Below are positions 34,163-47,700 of a stretch of 64,000 bases of DNA, piece after piece. Made by a program: the position numbers and the translations under genes. Location of the stretch: positions 39,990,001-40,054,000 of the forward strand of contig NC_043008.1 in assembly GCF_006345805.1 (NCBI RefSeq), in the 5' to 3' direction. This stretch comes from Octopus sinensis. Taxonomy: Eukaryota. Position 1 is the stretch's first letter; each line of letters starts with the position of its first letter. The notes beneath the pieces were generated by a model. The model made no database searches. It was not told the origin of the DNA and saw nothing but the letters and a program-made list of their open reading frames with translations.

Positions 34163-37100
34163 GTAGGAAGGGATGTACGTGTGCGTGTGTGTATGTGTGT
34201 TTGCATGTATGTATGAAAATGTCATAATATACCCAGTAAACATTCATGTGCAAGAGCTTTTTTTGGTAATACTATTGCCAGCTCGTTTTCTTCCACGATG
34301 TTACCTGACCAATTCGTTGTACAGTGCACTTCTGGTTAATTTTTAAAATTGATCATTGAAAGAATTTCAGTTGAAACATTCTCGGCATCATGATTACAGA
34401 TAAAGTTTATTAGCTGTTGTTTATCATGATTTGTATCTGATCACTGTATATGTGATGTTTTTGCGATGTTTTTAAACGTTTACCCATGTCTAAGTGGTAT
34501 CATACAAAGAAGTCGTTATACACAAAACTGCAATAAGAAAATATCTATAAGATATATAATTTGAATACGAAGGATGTGAGAACTTTGACACAAGAATAAA
34601 CTGATAGCTATTTACTGCAATACACTGAAAGAACGCTAAAGAGCTATTTCCCACAAATGCGAAGAGATGGCTCGAAATGTTATATTTTTTACCTTGTATC
34701 TCCTAACGCCGCACATTTATAAGTTGTGGAATTCCTAATTCGGTATTTAAGTAATGTGAACTGGCAACATAATATCGTTTTCTCTTGCTATCGTTTTTAG
34801 CATCAGCAATTAAATTTCATTATCATTATAGTCAAATGTTTCTGTCACAATTAGTATATGCTTCATTGATTTGGTCACGTAATATTTGATGTGGCTTTGT
34901 CAAGGAAACATTCGTATTGATGAACATTACACATTTTAATTGAGCTCAAATTAATTTCACCTCATTAATCGTAAAATATTTTGTTTTACAACTTAAAATA
35001 AATTATCTTAACTGCCGTTTGTCAGTTAACTACATTCTGAAAGTTTACAGTTCAGCATAAAATCGAACTATAAATCTATGAATAGACTGATGGTAGCAAC
35101 AAGTTTAGTAAATCGAAAAATTTTAGATTTACTACCAGTGAAAATAAAATGACAAATATTTATTTTTTTATGAGTCTGGGAATCGTAGTATCAGTTATGT
35201 CATGTCCACGTCGAGAGTTCATCATTTAGTTTTGTTATCGTTATAATATTAATGTCATGGGGGAACGCATACCTGTTATCGTCGTATTTATATATTCTGT
35301 ATTCTGTATTGCAGTTGTGAATCCGTAATGCAGTCACTGAAACCGCTTTAAACTCGTTAAATTCAAATAAATAACTGAACAAAGAAAGTGGACAGATACA
35401 TTACTGGATATACAAGCGAAGGAAGTAGAGTCGACTTGAATTATTTTCCTTAGAGCTGCAATCTACTGATTTCCAAACATTTTTGCAATCGGCGCCCCTT
35501 TTCTATTACAACCACTTTTTAATACCTAATTAAATGTCACGCCCACTATTTTACTGTTGGTTTACGTAATTACACAAGGATTCTTACTACATCAGCAGCC
35601 TTTTATGTGCATGAATGGTGTGTGTTCAGTTTTGTTTATTTACTTATTCACATTTCGAGATTTATTAATATTGTTTGTGTTGCCGTCATTGTTATTGTCC
35701 TTGTGGTTGACAACTAGCTTACCCCGATGTTACGTACCCGTTTAAATAGCAAGTCGAAATGCATAGTGCAGGTGCATTTGTATCTCTCGTAAGCTCCAAG
35801 AAAAACTACACCATTTTCTTAAAATATATGGCGTCAGTTTTCAAGAGCATAAAAAGTTGTTGCTAAGATATGCACATGCAAAAAGAAACTAATACTAGAA
35901 TGTCCATCTTCAAAATGGTTGAGAGCAAACTCTGAAATTACTACGCCAGTGTTGTTTCAGTTGACAGCAGGAGTGGTACATGTTAACGATCGGAATACCA
36001 ATATTTCAAATTACAAGATGTATTTATAGTGGAGACATCATAAATAAAAATAAACAAAGATATCGGAAGCGATGCATACCTTGCGCGCAGATTAATGTTT
36101 TCGCAAATTCTAGTGTGGCGTACAATACATTGCCTCCCCATGGTTTTTAATTGAACTGAGTTTTTTCTGCGTATTACCATTATATGTATTCATACTACAG
36201 TGAAATTAAGAAATCAACTCGTAAATAAACGAAATCTTTGAATCCTTCAGTGTGCGCACATACACACACATGTACGCGCAGAGAAAACACACATTCAAAC
36301 GCAACTGCATATGCATGTATGTATGTATGTATGTATGTATGTATGTATGTATGTATGTATGTATGTATGTATCTACGCACACGTTTCTATGCGCATAGGT
36401 GCATCATGATCTACACGCACGCAGACGAGTGTCGATTCATATGAAAAAGAAAGTGAACAAAATAATATGACTACTTGCTTATCTGGAATTCTTAAGTTCA
36501 TTTTTTTTAAAGATAATCAAATCAAATGTTCATAACTTCGAGCCACTCACCCAATGAGTAGTTCTGTCTAAGGTAGTGAAAATCCGTCCTGCCGTTTGCC
36601 AGTAATTTTGAAATCACACAATCAAACATAGATGAGTGATTACAATACACCGCTTTCGCTATGTAAAAATTATTTCTTGTGCTTTTTCTCCTCTCATTCC
36701 TGTAAAGTAGAAAATCGTGGTTGGTGAAACAACTGCTTCAAATCTGTGAGCAGGAGGCCTACTGAATAACGAATACTGGTTATGATAGCCCACAGAAATG
36801 AGAATAGGGATAGCATTCTAGCAATTAGAAGTAATAAAATGTACCAGAATGTACTTCAGAAATTGATATTGTTAAGCAATTCAAACTTGAATCTATATAT
36901 TTTACATATCTGTAAATGTTTGACAGAAGCAGTTTAATCTTTGCTGTGGTGTAAAATACTTGATGCATCAGAATTTTGATCTCCACACCCGATGCATGCG
37001 AGATAAACAAACGTCTCTCTTCACACGACTACCAGGAATGATTCACCATGCCTGACAGTAAAATGCTACGTTTATTTCCAGAAGTGAATTTGGATAATTG

Positions 37101-38307
37101 GTTAATGTCAGATGTTCATATTTTAGGATCACCATGTGTCGCTGATATTAACGGATTGAACAACATTTTTACCATCTAAATCATTTCCATTACGTCACTT
37201 CAGTTTCATCTAAAATATACACTTCATCAAATGCAGCTGCGAAGTGCATGAATTATAGATTATCACGAAAATTGCCACGTATATCGTAGTGACAATGAGT
37301 TATTTTTCTGTATAAAATATGTAAATTGTAATGCAAATATTTTTCGGTTGCAACACATAAAGAGAGCATGTTGGCATGACACTTAAATTCATCTTTAACG
37401 AGCAATGTTATATCCTGCCTTGATCCGAAGCAATTTCAAAGGAATGATATCTATAAAAAATATATATACTGACAAGCGTAAGAATACAGCATAATTGTCT
37501 CTCATTATTTTATAAAAATACATATTTACTCTTGTAAAGATGTTTTGGATGAATACACCAACGGAGGACATATGTGTCTGGCATGTGAATTTACGTTTAG
37601 TTTTACGTTTTCTACTACAAGGATTGTAAGCTTACTTGTCATATTCTATAAATCTGTGTAGACATGAAATTAATCATGCAATATTATATATTGAAGCATA
37701 CGTTTATTGTCAAATATATTTAGGCATTTGACTGTAGAATTCTAGACAAATTCTAGATATTTTTTATTGCATCTCACATAACAAAACTTTGCAACAAAAT
37801 AGCGTTTTTATTTTATAACTGCATCAAATATGCTCCATGCTGCAGTCCATTACTAGAGAATTTAGACTCCAGGATTATGATGATGCAAGTTTTCTCCATA
37901 TGCGAAATTATTTGAAGATTTACAAGAGTGACAGCAGTAAGGTTAGTCTCCTCTTTCAGTTTGCCTGTTAGTTGAGAGGAATTAGATATTAAAATATTAC
38001 GAAAACAACTGAAAGAAAATTGTTCAAGAATGTATATTGTCTACACAATATAAATATGTTTGAGATACACATAATAAAGAATGAGTTGAAAAATAATGAG
38101 GAAATTACTGAACAAATCTTTCCCGGGGAGATTTGAAAGCAAGGAGCAAGGGCACTAGCATGTCTTCGATAAGCCTAACAAAGTTCTGGGTAAAATAGAC
38201 ATTGGAGACTGCAGCGGGTCTTGCGTTTAAGTCCATGTCTCTAAAGCAACGAGTATATTTTGGCATGGTAAACATACTCGCAAAAACACACAAACACCCC
38301 ACCCCCC

Positions 38308-38358
<51 letters not shown>

Positions 38359-38485
38359 AATATTATGAGAAAATTGCATAATGCACCCTTTATTCCTTCG
38401 GAATGAAAATATGCTGTCTTCGAAACATGTGTCGAGAGTAAAGGAATTTTGTTAACATCTTCGTTCGACTCCATTCTTTCATTTA

Positions 38486-38573
<88 letters not shown>

Positions 38574-39499
38574 ATACATATACACACACACAGAGGCAAA
38601 ACACACAAGGTGTCATTATTAGGAGAACCGACCTAATTCGATATTTTCAACCCATATATTGTATGAAAATCTTGCGTATTTGAGTGTTAACTTTAGTTGC
38701 CTTCCCCACCAGCTGGGCGCAGTTGTAATGATGCTATATGAAATGAATTTGCTTTTACTCGTGAACGCGGCATCTGCCAGATCGATTATTAGAAGTAACT
38801 TATTATTAATGTTGCAGGAAGTGATTCTCCAATGAATTCTATTCCTCTGAAAAATAGAGAATCCAAGCTTAAAATGTCTACTGCACGTATAACAATACGT
38901 ATAAGAAGACGAATAAATCGTATGCCTCTCCTAAACAACTTCGTCGTTGCTTTCTGATTATAGGTGAATGGAATCAAGATTCCTTAGATTTACAAGGACA
39001 TTTATTTTTGATTCGTACGATGCTGTCACAAAATTGGTCGCATATCCGTCCCCTTATCTCCGAAATAACTGTTGATTTCATTATAGTTGTTTTTCTTTTT
39101 GTTTTCAATGAATATGAAACAATGAGACTGTTTCACCAAATGCAGGCATTCAGAGAGATAGACACGATAAGTTTGAGAAATACTTGCAAAAGCTTAATGA
39201 CGTATATATTGTCCGCTCTCATTAGCAGAATTTAAAAGAATGTAGTGAAGTGCATAATTTGGCGTACTACTATTAATTTATCTACTCGGTTTAATGTAAT
39301 TAAGAACGTTAAAGAGTCTATACAGAGTTTCAATGTACGGATCTCAAAGATATATCTTTAAAGAAATTATTGAAAGAACACTAAAAAAATCAGCTACAAA
39401 CCATATACTCGGGTCACTGAAAAGTTCAGCTATATACTATATTACCCTGATATGTTATTTCAAAATGTGTTCTATTATCTACAGTTTTAAGACAGCGAG

Positions 39500-39920
39500 G
39501 TGGTAGAATTCTTAGCACGTTGGGCAAAATGCTTAACGGCATTTCGCTCGTCTTCACTTTATACGTTGAACTACCGCTGTGGTCGACTTTGTTCTTTATC
39601 ATTTCGGGGTTTATAAAATAAGTACGAGACAAGAACTGGTGTCGATGTGCTTGACTCTTCTCCTCCCAACACATTAAAAAGCCTTGTGCCTTTAGTAGAA
39701 TGGATTATTTATATTATAATGAGGCGAACTGGCAGAATCGTTAACACACCAGTCGAAATGTTTGGCGGTATTACGTCCGACTTTACGTTCTAGCTTCAAA
39801 TTCCGCCGAGGCTGACTTTACCTTTCATCTTTTCCGGATCTATCAATTAAGTACTCAGTGAATCGATAAGCACCCTTCCCCAAAATGTCAGGCCTTGTGC
39901 TTTAGCAGAAAGGGTTATTT
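39500..39920 (+). mobile_element. Two diverged SINE family A copies with ccttgtgc(c)tttag(t/c)agaa tails
   Basis: gaattcttagcacgttgggcaaaatgcttaacggcatttcg...gtcgactttg, and aggcgaactggcagaatcgttaac...ttcaaattccgccgaggctgacttt. Confidence 0.82.
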
Positions 39921-40909
39921 ATAATTTTGTTTTTCATCATACAAGCAGAATCCATTTCATTTCTGGTGGTTAGAGGCTGTATAGATTAGAAAACGGGATA
40001 GTGTTGCAGGAATGCATAGATTGTAAATCTGCTGGGTGAAAACTGATTTGAGCAAAACATGAAAAAGTTCAGATAATCTCAAATACAACAAAGCGAAAGA
40101 ATAGAACGTGCAACATGTACGTCTATATTTTAGTTTCTTACTAATGTATAGCTACCAAATGAAATGTTGAAATATTAACTAAAATTATTAAGGCAGTGAG
40201 CTGGGTAAATCATTAAGTATCAGCATCTGTAAAATTATAATTATGTTATTGATGAGCGATTGTTTAGCTTGTCGTAACTGCATATCATTAATTATAGCAA
40301 TGATAGTAGTTAACCACTGATTTCTGAATAAGTAGTAAACTATTGGGCTAGAATACTCCATTCAGTTGGGGGATCTTTAGAGAAAATCATAGACATTTTA
40401 ATTATAACTCACGTTAAATGCAAATATAATCTAAGCGATGATGGCTTTATTTACTTTACCTTGCAATTTAAACATCATCCTTCAAATATCAATACTTACA
40501 TATTAAAATAATTCTTTAATTGAAACGTACAAGCACATATTGATAAATCACTTGGCACGACGGTGAAGTTTTAATGTATAGAAGCACAAACTAAAGAATT
40601 TAACATTGTGATGCGTGTTATAAAAAAAAACGATATACATTAAAAAACAAACAAATAACATACGGCAATTATAGCATATTGTCATATTAGATGTGGGAGG
40701 GATAGTAACCATTGCTTTCTTTCTAAATATAGTCTATGTAGAGGTATATTCAAAAGCTATACATACATGTGTAAGAACATGGACACTTTAACAGGTGATA
40801 ATAAGTGTACACGCGTTGATACATAAATTGTTGTATATTCATATTTATTTAAGTTACCAATTTAGCTCCATGTGTGTATTTATCTGAGTATATGTGTGTA
40901 TGTGCGTAT

Positions 40910-40949
<40 letters not shown>

Positions 40950-41539
40950 TATATATTTCCGTGTGCATAAATATAGATATATGTCCGCACGATGGAGTAA
41001 CGGAATAAGTCTATCTGCATGTCTGCCCATCTTTCAGTCTGTCCGCATGTATGTATGTACGTAAGTATGTATGCATGTATGTATGTGTGTATGTGTGTAT
41101 GTCTGTATGTATCTATCTATATCAATATCTATATCTAGAGCTATATCTATATTTCTATGAAACGAGCGATACGATATTGAGGCAAATATCGAATTCTCCT
41201 GAGTAAAATGCCTAGCCTGGTACCTTCCGATGGTGCGTCCTTTTTTCGCGGATAGGGGGAGAATCTACCTTCAACTCTCATCCGATGGTCAAGTTTATTA
41301 CTTGACTATTTAGAGTATATAAAACAAGTTTTTGGAGACTTGCATTCTAACTGAGAATAAGGAAGAAGTTTGAATGTTCAAATTCTTCATTCTCCTCACT
41401 TTAATATATGTATCTATCTATCTATCCTTCCATCTCTTTCTCTCTCTCCCCATATATATATATATATTTATATATGTATGTAATAAGCGATTTCTTCCGG
41501 TATACGGGAGATAATCGCTTATATTTCTTTTCCCCTTTT

Positions 41540-41941
41540 TTAATGAGATGAGGTTCTCTGTATAAGAATGTTAGGATGGTTAAGTTCAGGCTTATAATTT
41601 TCAATGAAGAATATTTCCTTGTTTAATCTAATTTGTGTTGGTGTTCCAATAGCACATTGATAGAATGGAAAGATTAAAAGTTGTGGTAGTAGTTGCTTTG
41701 CGCATTTCTCAATATGCTTACTAAAGGGTATAATTCTGTATTCTGGAAATGCAATCTGTTGTCGATGCAGAGTGCATCTGCGTCTGAGTGATAATCCCGT
41801 GGACCCCACGTAGTTCTGGTGGCAGCCCGAGCATTTTATGACATAAATTATGTTTTCAGAAGCACAAGTAAAATTAGATCTGATCTTGAATTTTTGTCCC
41901 TCTTTGAAAAGGAATTCTGATCCTACTAGGGTTTTGGGCAT
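41540..41941 (-). pseudogene. PLE GIY-YIG endonuclease domain
   Basis: NFTCASENIIYVIKCSGCHQNYVGSTGLSLRRRCTLHRQQI...RLNKEIFFIENYKPELN. Confidence 0.92.
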
Positions 41942-42094
41942 GTTGCGCAGTTTGGTTTACCACATTTTTTAACTTTTGCATCCGTGATTTCAGAAAACAA
42001 TTTTGCATTTGTGAGAAACTTTTTAAGTGATTTAGGTTGTTTGTAACTTTTAATGATTTTATGTATGTTTAGAATTTCCTTTAATTTGGAGTCC

Positions 42095-43367
42095 TTATGA
42101 AGTATTGGTAAATTCTGGGTGATGATGGTGAAGGCTTCTTTGTTTCTGGGGTTGTATGTGGATATGCAGTATTTTCGGGGAAGGTGTGTTGTTGTGTTGA
42201 ACTTTTCTCAAAGTTTCTATGTCGATTTCTGTTGCACGTCTGATCCCATCCTCTATGAGTTGAACTGGGTATTGTCTGTCAATTAGGGTGTTTTTGAGTT
42301 CTTGCAATCTAAAGTTCCTGGTATTTTGTTCTGGCATTATTGTGCATATCCTTCTTGCAAGGTTGAAAGGGATGTTTGTTTTAGTGTGTCTTGGGTGGCA
42401 TGAATCAAAAAGAAGATATTGTTTGACGTCTGTGGCTTTGTACAAAATGTCTATTTCTATTTTAAGGTTAATTCTTTTAATCAGTATATCTAAGAATGGA
42501 AGCTCCTTTTGGTTGTACTCCATTGTGAACTGTATATTTGGGTTGACGCTGTACAATAGGTTTTTGAATTTTAAGAGTTTATCTGTGTTTTCATTCCAGA
42601 GTATAAAACAATCGTCCAGGAATCGTTTCCAATTCTCTTTTATGTATTGAGAAAGGGGGTTTCCAAAGGTCGATAAAGATTCCTGGTATATAATTATTTC
42701 CAGATAGCCCATTGTTAGATTCGCAATGACTGGTACTGCCCTTGTACCCATAGCAATTCCGGATTTTTGACGGTAAAACGTATTGTTAAACATGAAGTGG
42801 TTATTTTGTAAGATGAATTCAACCGATTTAGTAATGAATTTTTTACTGATCCTTTTTGGTATTTCTTCCGGAAATTGGTCCAGCCAGAACTGTATTGCCT
42901 CTAGTCCATAATTATGAGGTATACTTGTATATAAATTAACTACATCAAATGAAACTAAGATTCTTTCTTCTTGGACTTTTTTGGAAGGTGGTTTAACATA
43001 TCCAAGTCATCTCTGATATGACTATCGATGTGTTTAAGGAAGGATTTCAGGAGTATGTCCATAAATAAACTTAATCTGTGTGTTTCACAGGCTGGGCCAG
43101 CTACAATGGGTGGTAGTTTTAGGTCCCCCGGGTTAGGTGTGTGTATGTCTTTGGTGATCTTTTTATGGTTTCATTTATAATTTGGATTTTGTGTATTTTT
43201 GGCAGACCATAGAAGAGGCTAGGCTTGCATTTAAAGTTTGTTAGAATCTCAATCTCTTTGGTTATCAGTTCCTTTCCATGGGTTTTAATTAGCGAAGACA
43301 GAGTTTTCATTATTTTTTGCGGGGTGTAGTTGGTGATTTTTTCATAATGTTGATTGTCATCAAGCAA
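42095..43367 (-). pseudogene. PLE reverse transcriptase domain (frameshifted)
   Basis: Also ILVSFDVVNLYTSIPHNYG (RT motif A region) on the minus strand near 42905-42960; RFLDD catalytic motif; FDSCHPRHTKTNIPFNLARRI thumb. Confidence 0.93.
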
Positions 43368-45709
43368 GGAAATTACAAGATTTCTATAGTATTATGTATC
43401 CATTATTACAACTGCACTACCTTTGTCTGCTTCCTTAATGGTTATATCTTCATCATTTTGAAGTTCTATCAGTTCCTTCCATTGTGCAGTGCTAAAATTT
43501 GAGTTAACTGTCTGTTTATGTATAGTATGGTAGGGAAAGTTCTCAATGTGGCTGCAGAACTCGTCAAGATCTTTATTTCTTCCTCTGTAGGGGATGTGTT
43601 CACTTTTGTTTCTGACTAGTGAGTCATCTTCAGTATTGAAACTGGTTGATGCTTCTGCTAGTCTTAACTTTCTGTAGAATTTTGTTATATTGCCCTTGAC
43701 TTCATTTTGGTGGGCTCTGCGTGGAGTTGGCGTAAATTTGAGCCCTTTTGAGAGGATGTTAATTTTTATGTTAGAGAGAGGTTTGGTTGAAAGGTTGATT
43801 ATCTTCGATTTTTCCTTATTACTAGGTTCCAGCCTGTGTCCTGGTGTCTCTGGTCCCGGGCTAAAAAATGTTGGGTAAAGTTTTGTTTGTATGAATTGTC
43901 TGTGAGATTGTGTGATATTGGTTCGGGGGAACGGTGGTATTGTTGCTTCAGATGGTTGTGTGTGTGTGAGTATCTATGGTGGTTTTCGTTTGTGATGTGT
44001 GTAAAATTTCTGTATGTGATATATTTTTGTTTCGAATTGCTTGTATGTGGGATGTTGCTTGACTTAGTGTTATTTTGTGTTTGTCTTGTGTTCGGTGGGG
44101 ACCAGTAAGTTTGGTTCATGGGGTAGTAGTGACTTGTGTGTGGTGTGTTTCTTATTCTAGTGTTATTTTGTGTTGTTATGGAGTGTTAGACCTGGTATTA
44201 GGATGTTGTTGGCGTGTTCTGTTCTTGGTGCAATCTATTTCATAAATGCGTTGTCTGTCAGCTTGTTCCCTGTTAAGTCTTGCGTGGTTCAAAAATGTTG
44301 GTTGTGGGTGATTTCTGTTTCTAGTGTATGGAGGATAATGAGGAGGGTTGTTGCTGATTAAGTGGTTGAAATCGGGGGTGGTTTGTGCGTTGTTCGGTTT
44401 TTGTTATTTCTTGTTATTTTCTTTAGAAAAGGATTATCTGTACCCAATTCATTTTTGAAAATTGATGCATGTCTTTGGAAGAAATCGTTGCTTTTTTCCC
44501 AGCGTAGGAGAGAATTTCTTTCTACCTTTTCACAGATTTCTTTCCAATGATTTATGGTATTTTCGACGGGTTGTCCCTCGGTTTGTTTCTTTATTTCACT
44601 ATGCACCTCCTCGTCGATGTTTTTATATTTTTCATCATTAGTGGAGGCCCTAAATCTCAGTAATTCTATCTCTGATTTTAGATTGAATAGAGCTGACCTT
44701 TCCCTAATAGTTCTCTGTCCGTCAGGTTCGTTGGGTATTGTTTTGATCTGGAATTTGCGTGGGAGGATAATTGGTGTTGAGTTCATCCATCCCTCGTATA
44801 TATCTGCTTTGTTGGAATTTTCTATCATGTTCCAGAAAGCGAGTTTTCTATTGTGCAGGTTTGTATTCCAAATGTTTTCTATTTTTCTTTTTGTTAGATT
44901 GATTTGTGTATATATGATGTCCTGGTGTGTTTCATTTGGTGTGTGCTGGTCGTCGTTCGGCTTGTTTGTGAATGCCGACTTTAGTGTAGTGCATAGAGTG
45001 TTCAAATCGTTACAAATTCGTTCTTGTTTTAAAATGAAATCGTTGAAGGTGTCGTGGATAGGTGTTTGTTGTTCATTGTTCGATATGTTAATGAAAATTG
45101 AGTTGAGGGCTCTGCATAAAAGTTGTAAATCATTACTAACCTGGTCAGTGTAGTGAGTTGTGTCTTCACTGTTTTTCCTTTCCCGGGCGAGTAGATTTGA
45201 GTCCTCGATTTTGTTATTTAAGGTAATAAGTTGTGCATTAATATTTTTAAGTTCTTTAAGTATATCCTCATTTGTAGTTTTATCCTTGGTATTAGTCTTC
45301 TGTGGCATTTTCGGTCTCACGCGTTTTATATATAGGTGAGAAAGTTGGTGTGTGAAAGCACGTGGTTGGATATATAGAAAATAGAAAAGAGTGAAAAATC
45401 TACAGAAGGCTTGTTTTATAAGGTTAAAGGATTTTTAATTTTTAATCTTTCCATTCTATCAATGTGCTGTTGGAACACCAACACAAATTAGATTAAACAA
45501 GGGAACGTTCTTCATTGAAAAATATAAGCCTGGACTTAACCATCCTAACATCCTTATACAGAGAACCTCATCTCATTAAAAAAGGGGAAAAGAAATATAA
45601 AGCGATTATCTCCCTTATACCGTAAGAAATCGCTTATTACCTCCCCCTGTCTGGAACACTCCTTTGCACTACATAACGAAGACATGACACGATGTAGGTA
45701 AAGACAATT

Positions 45710-45748
45710 GAGAAATTTGAAAAGTTAACACGAAACATGTAATTTCTC
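45710..45748 (+). ncRNA. Decayed minimal type I hammerhead ribozyme in the inverted pseudo-LTR
   Basis: GAGAAAT-[TTGAAAA]-GT taac AC-GAAA-C AT GT-A-ATTTCTC: 7-bp stem I, 2-bp stem II, palindromic ACATGT stem III, GUA cleavage triplet. The core differs from CTGAAGA at two positions. Confidence 0.7.
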
Positions 45749-45899
45749 CAAAAACTATGTTACTATATGCAAAATTTTCTAACATTTTTCTAACATAACG
45801 ACTTAAATATATTCTTTAACCTTATAAAACAAGCCTTCTGTAGTTTTTTCACTCTTTTCTATTTTCTATATGTATATATATATATATCTAGAAGAATAT

Positions 45900-46330
45900 A
45901 GTGATGTATTAGAACTATTAGTTTCGATTGTGCAAGGTACAGGGCCTGTCCGCTTGGCTCTCTAAACGTAAAAATATCGTACTTAGATGTAAAATTACCA
46001 CAGAGAATAGAGAATATTTCTATATAGAAGCTAGCCCATATAATATAAAATGGAGTATTGTCAATCATTTAAGTTCGTTTAGAAATAGGGATACAATTAA
46101 TACCACCAGCCTTAGTAAGCTAATTTTCTCACTTAAAAATAGTAACAATTTATTTTCGATTGATTGGGAAATTATAAGTATAGTAAGACCTTATAGAACA
46201 GGCGGTAAATGATCTAACTTTTGTGGGGAGAATATGTACCAAATTTTCTTTTCTAAATGTACTATTATAAACACTAGACAGGAAAATGCTAGGGAATGTT
46301 GACCTTGGACTAAATATACGTTTAAAAGAT
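45900..46330 (+). mobile_element. 3' fragment of a third Penelope-like family (GIY-YIG)
   Basis: KNIVLRCKITTENREYFYIE...IVNHLSSFRN...TTSLSKLIFSLK...FSIDWEIISIVRPYRTGGK, matching the VY..YIG..NH.SSF..LSK.IW.LK..W.I...PY pattern. Confidence 0.75.
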
Positions 46331-46719
46331 TAAAAGAAACATTAATTACCATCTATAGTAATTATAATAGTTAACGCGATGATTGTGATAATTAATGATA
46401 TTTCTACAAATAATACTAAAACGATTCTAGTAATAATAACAATAATAATATTATTTGAGGGTATGAACCCAAACATAAGTGAATTACCGCTCAATAAATT
46501 ATGTACTCCATACAGTAAAATGTAAATGAAACTGCTACAATTGATTGTAATATGAACGAACGTTTCATAACACAAGATTCAATCGTAATACCAGTAGAGG
46601 TGATTAGAAGACCAGAATTCAATTCAATTCAAAATGTAACGCTATTACCTTCAACACTGGAAGCTTGTTTGAATTAGTTAACTTTGACAATGTTATAAGT
46701 GATGGACCCTGGTGACTAG

Positions 46720-47035
46720 GATGCATAAATTTCTTTTCATCAGTGAACGCCATAACGATGGATCATCTTATAGGGGTGGATGCTGAGATCGTTCTACATC
46801 GCTCGGTACATCAATATTTGGTTTCCTTTTGCTGTGGCAGCCAATTCTCTCACAAAACAACGAAGGTTCCACCGTATAAGCTGAGGGGCCGTTCAGCGTT
46901 GGAACCAGTGTCTTGAAGTTTCTTGACAATTTTCTAGACCGGAGTTCGGTTAATTTTAAGCTTTTTTTACTATAGCTGTATTACTTTCGCTTCCTTTGTT
47001 GAGAGTTATGATTGTATTTCGGTTTATAGCCATTA
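46720..47035 (-). mobile_element. Tc1/mariner (maT/DD37D-like) transposase N-terminal relic
   Basis: MAINRNTIITLNKGSESNTAIVKKLKINRT..KIVKKLQDTGS; DLSIHPYKM; FTDEKKF. Confidence 0.6.
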
Positions 47036-47169
47036 TGTAATTTATAAATCTGAATGCATTTAGTCTTAAGCAGTAAAAAAAAATAATAATAATAAACGTA
47101 GAATAATTCCTCCTCGATGCTATTTTTGAAATCTAGGAATTCTTGCTATTCTATTCTTTAAATTCTATG

Positions 47170-47178
47170 TTCTTATCC

Positions 47179-47264
<86 letters not shown>

Positions 47265-47571
47265 TTGTTCCGTTATTCTCATGCCAAACAACATTAATAA
47301 CAATCATGTTGAGGGTCGTCATCATCATAATTGCCATCATCATGATCGTCAAAAATCATCGACGTTCGCCGTCGTAGAAGTTATACATCTCATGTTCGTG
47401 TTGATCCACATCATCCCCTTCAGCATCGTCGGCATTTTTATGGTCAACGCCATTATGATCATCGTGAGCAACAACGCCAAATTTGTCGATATTGTCCCAG
47501 ACATCATCATCATCATCATCATCATCTTCATGCCCATCGTTATCAACATCGCCTTTTTCATCACCACTATC

Positions 47572-47603
<32 letters not shown>

Positions 47604-47643
47604 CCGCCTCCTCCTCCTCCTCCTCCTCATCATCATCATCATC

Positions 47644-47685
<42 letters not shown>

Positions 47686-47700
47686 GTCCTTTCTCTCTCT
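47170..47700. repeat. (ATT)n followed by a degenerate (CAT)n tract
   Basis: Directly visible; produces poly-D/M/I/S ORFs. Confidence 0.95.

Larger units (their letters stand above)
41480..45872 (-). mobile_element. Near full-length Penelope-like retroelement (Neptune-type), frameshifted, with an inverted pseudo-LTR at its 5' end
   Basis: ORF pieces 45320-44358 (long N-terminus), 43367-43119 (KPSLFYGLPKIHK), 42793-42095 (YRQKSGIAMGT..WKRFLDDCF..LPFLDI, PLE RT) and 41941-41540 (IIYVIKCSGCHQNYVGST, GIY-YIG), preceded by a KCGKPNCATC Cys linker. Inverted repeats 41480-41679/45440-45640 and 45370-45429/45814-45872. Confidence 0.95.

Noticed and set aside
37846-37941. 96-bp exon candidate SITREFRLQDYDDASFLHMRNYLKIYKSDSSK (cag...AAG|gttagt)
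   Set aside because: Weak polypyrimidine tract, no homology recognised, and it could not be chained to other exons.
38170-38230. KIDIGDCSGSC as a cystine-knot motif
   Set aside because: Bounded by in-frame stops within ~25 codons, with no other knot cysteines.
38818-39235. Acceptor-like site and a ~120-codon ATG-less open frame
   Set aside because: About one such frame is expected by chance in a window this size, and no motif was recognised.
44554-45153. 199-aa plus-strand ORF, plus the 120-aa ORF at 42288
   Set aside because: Antisense shadows of the PLE coding sequence.
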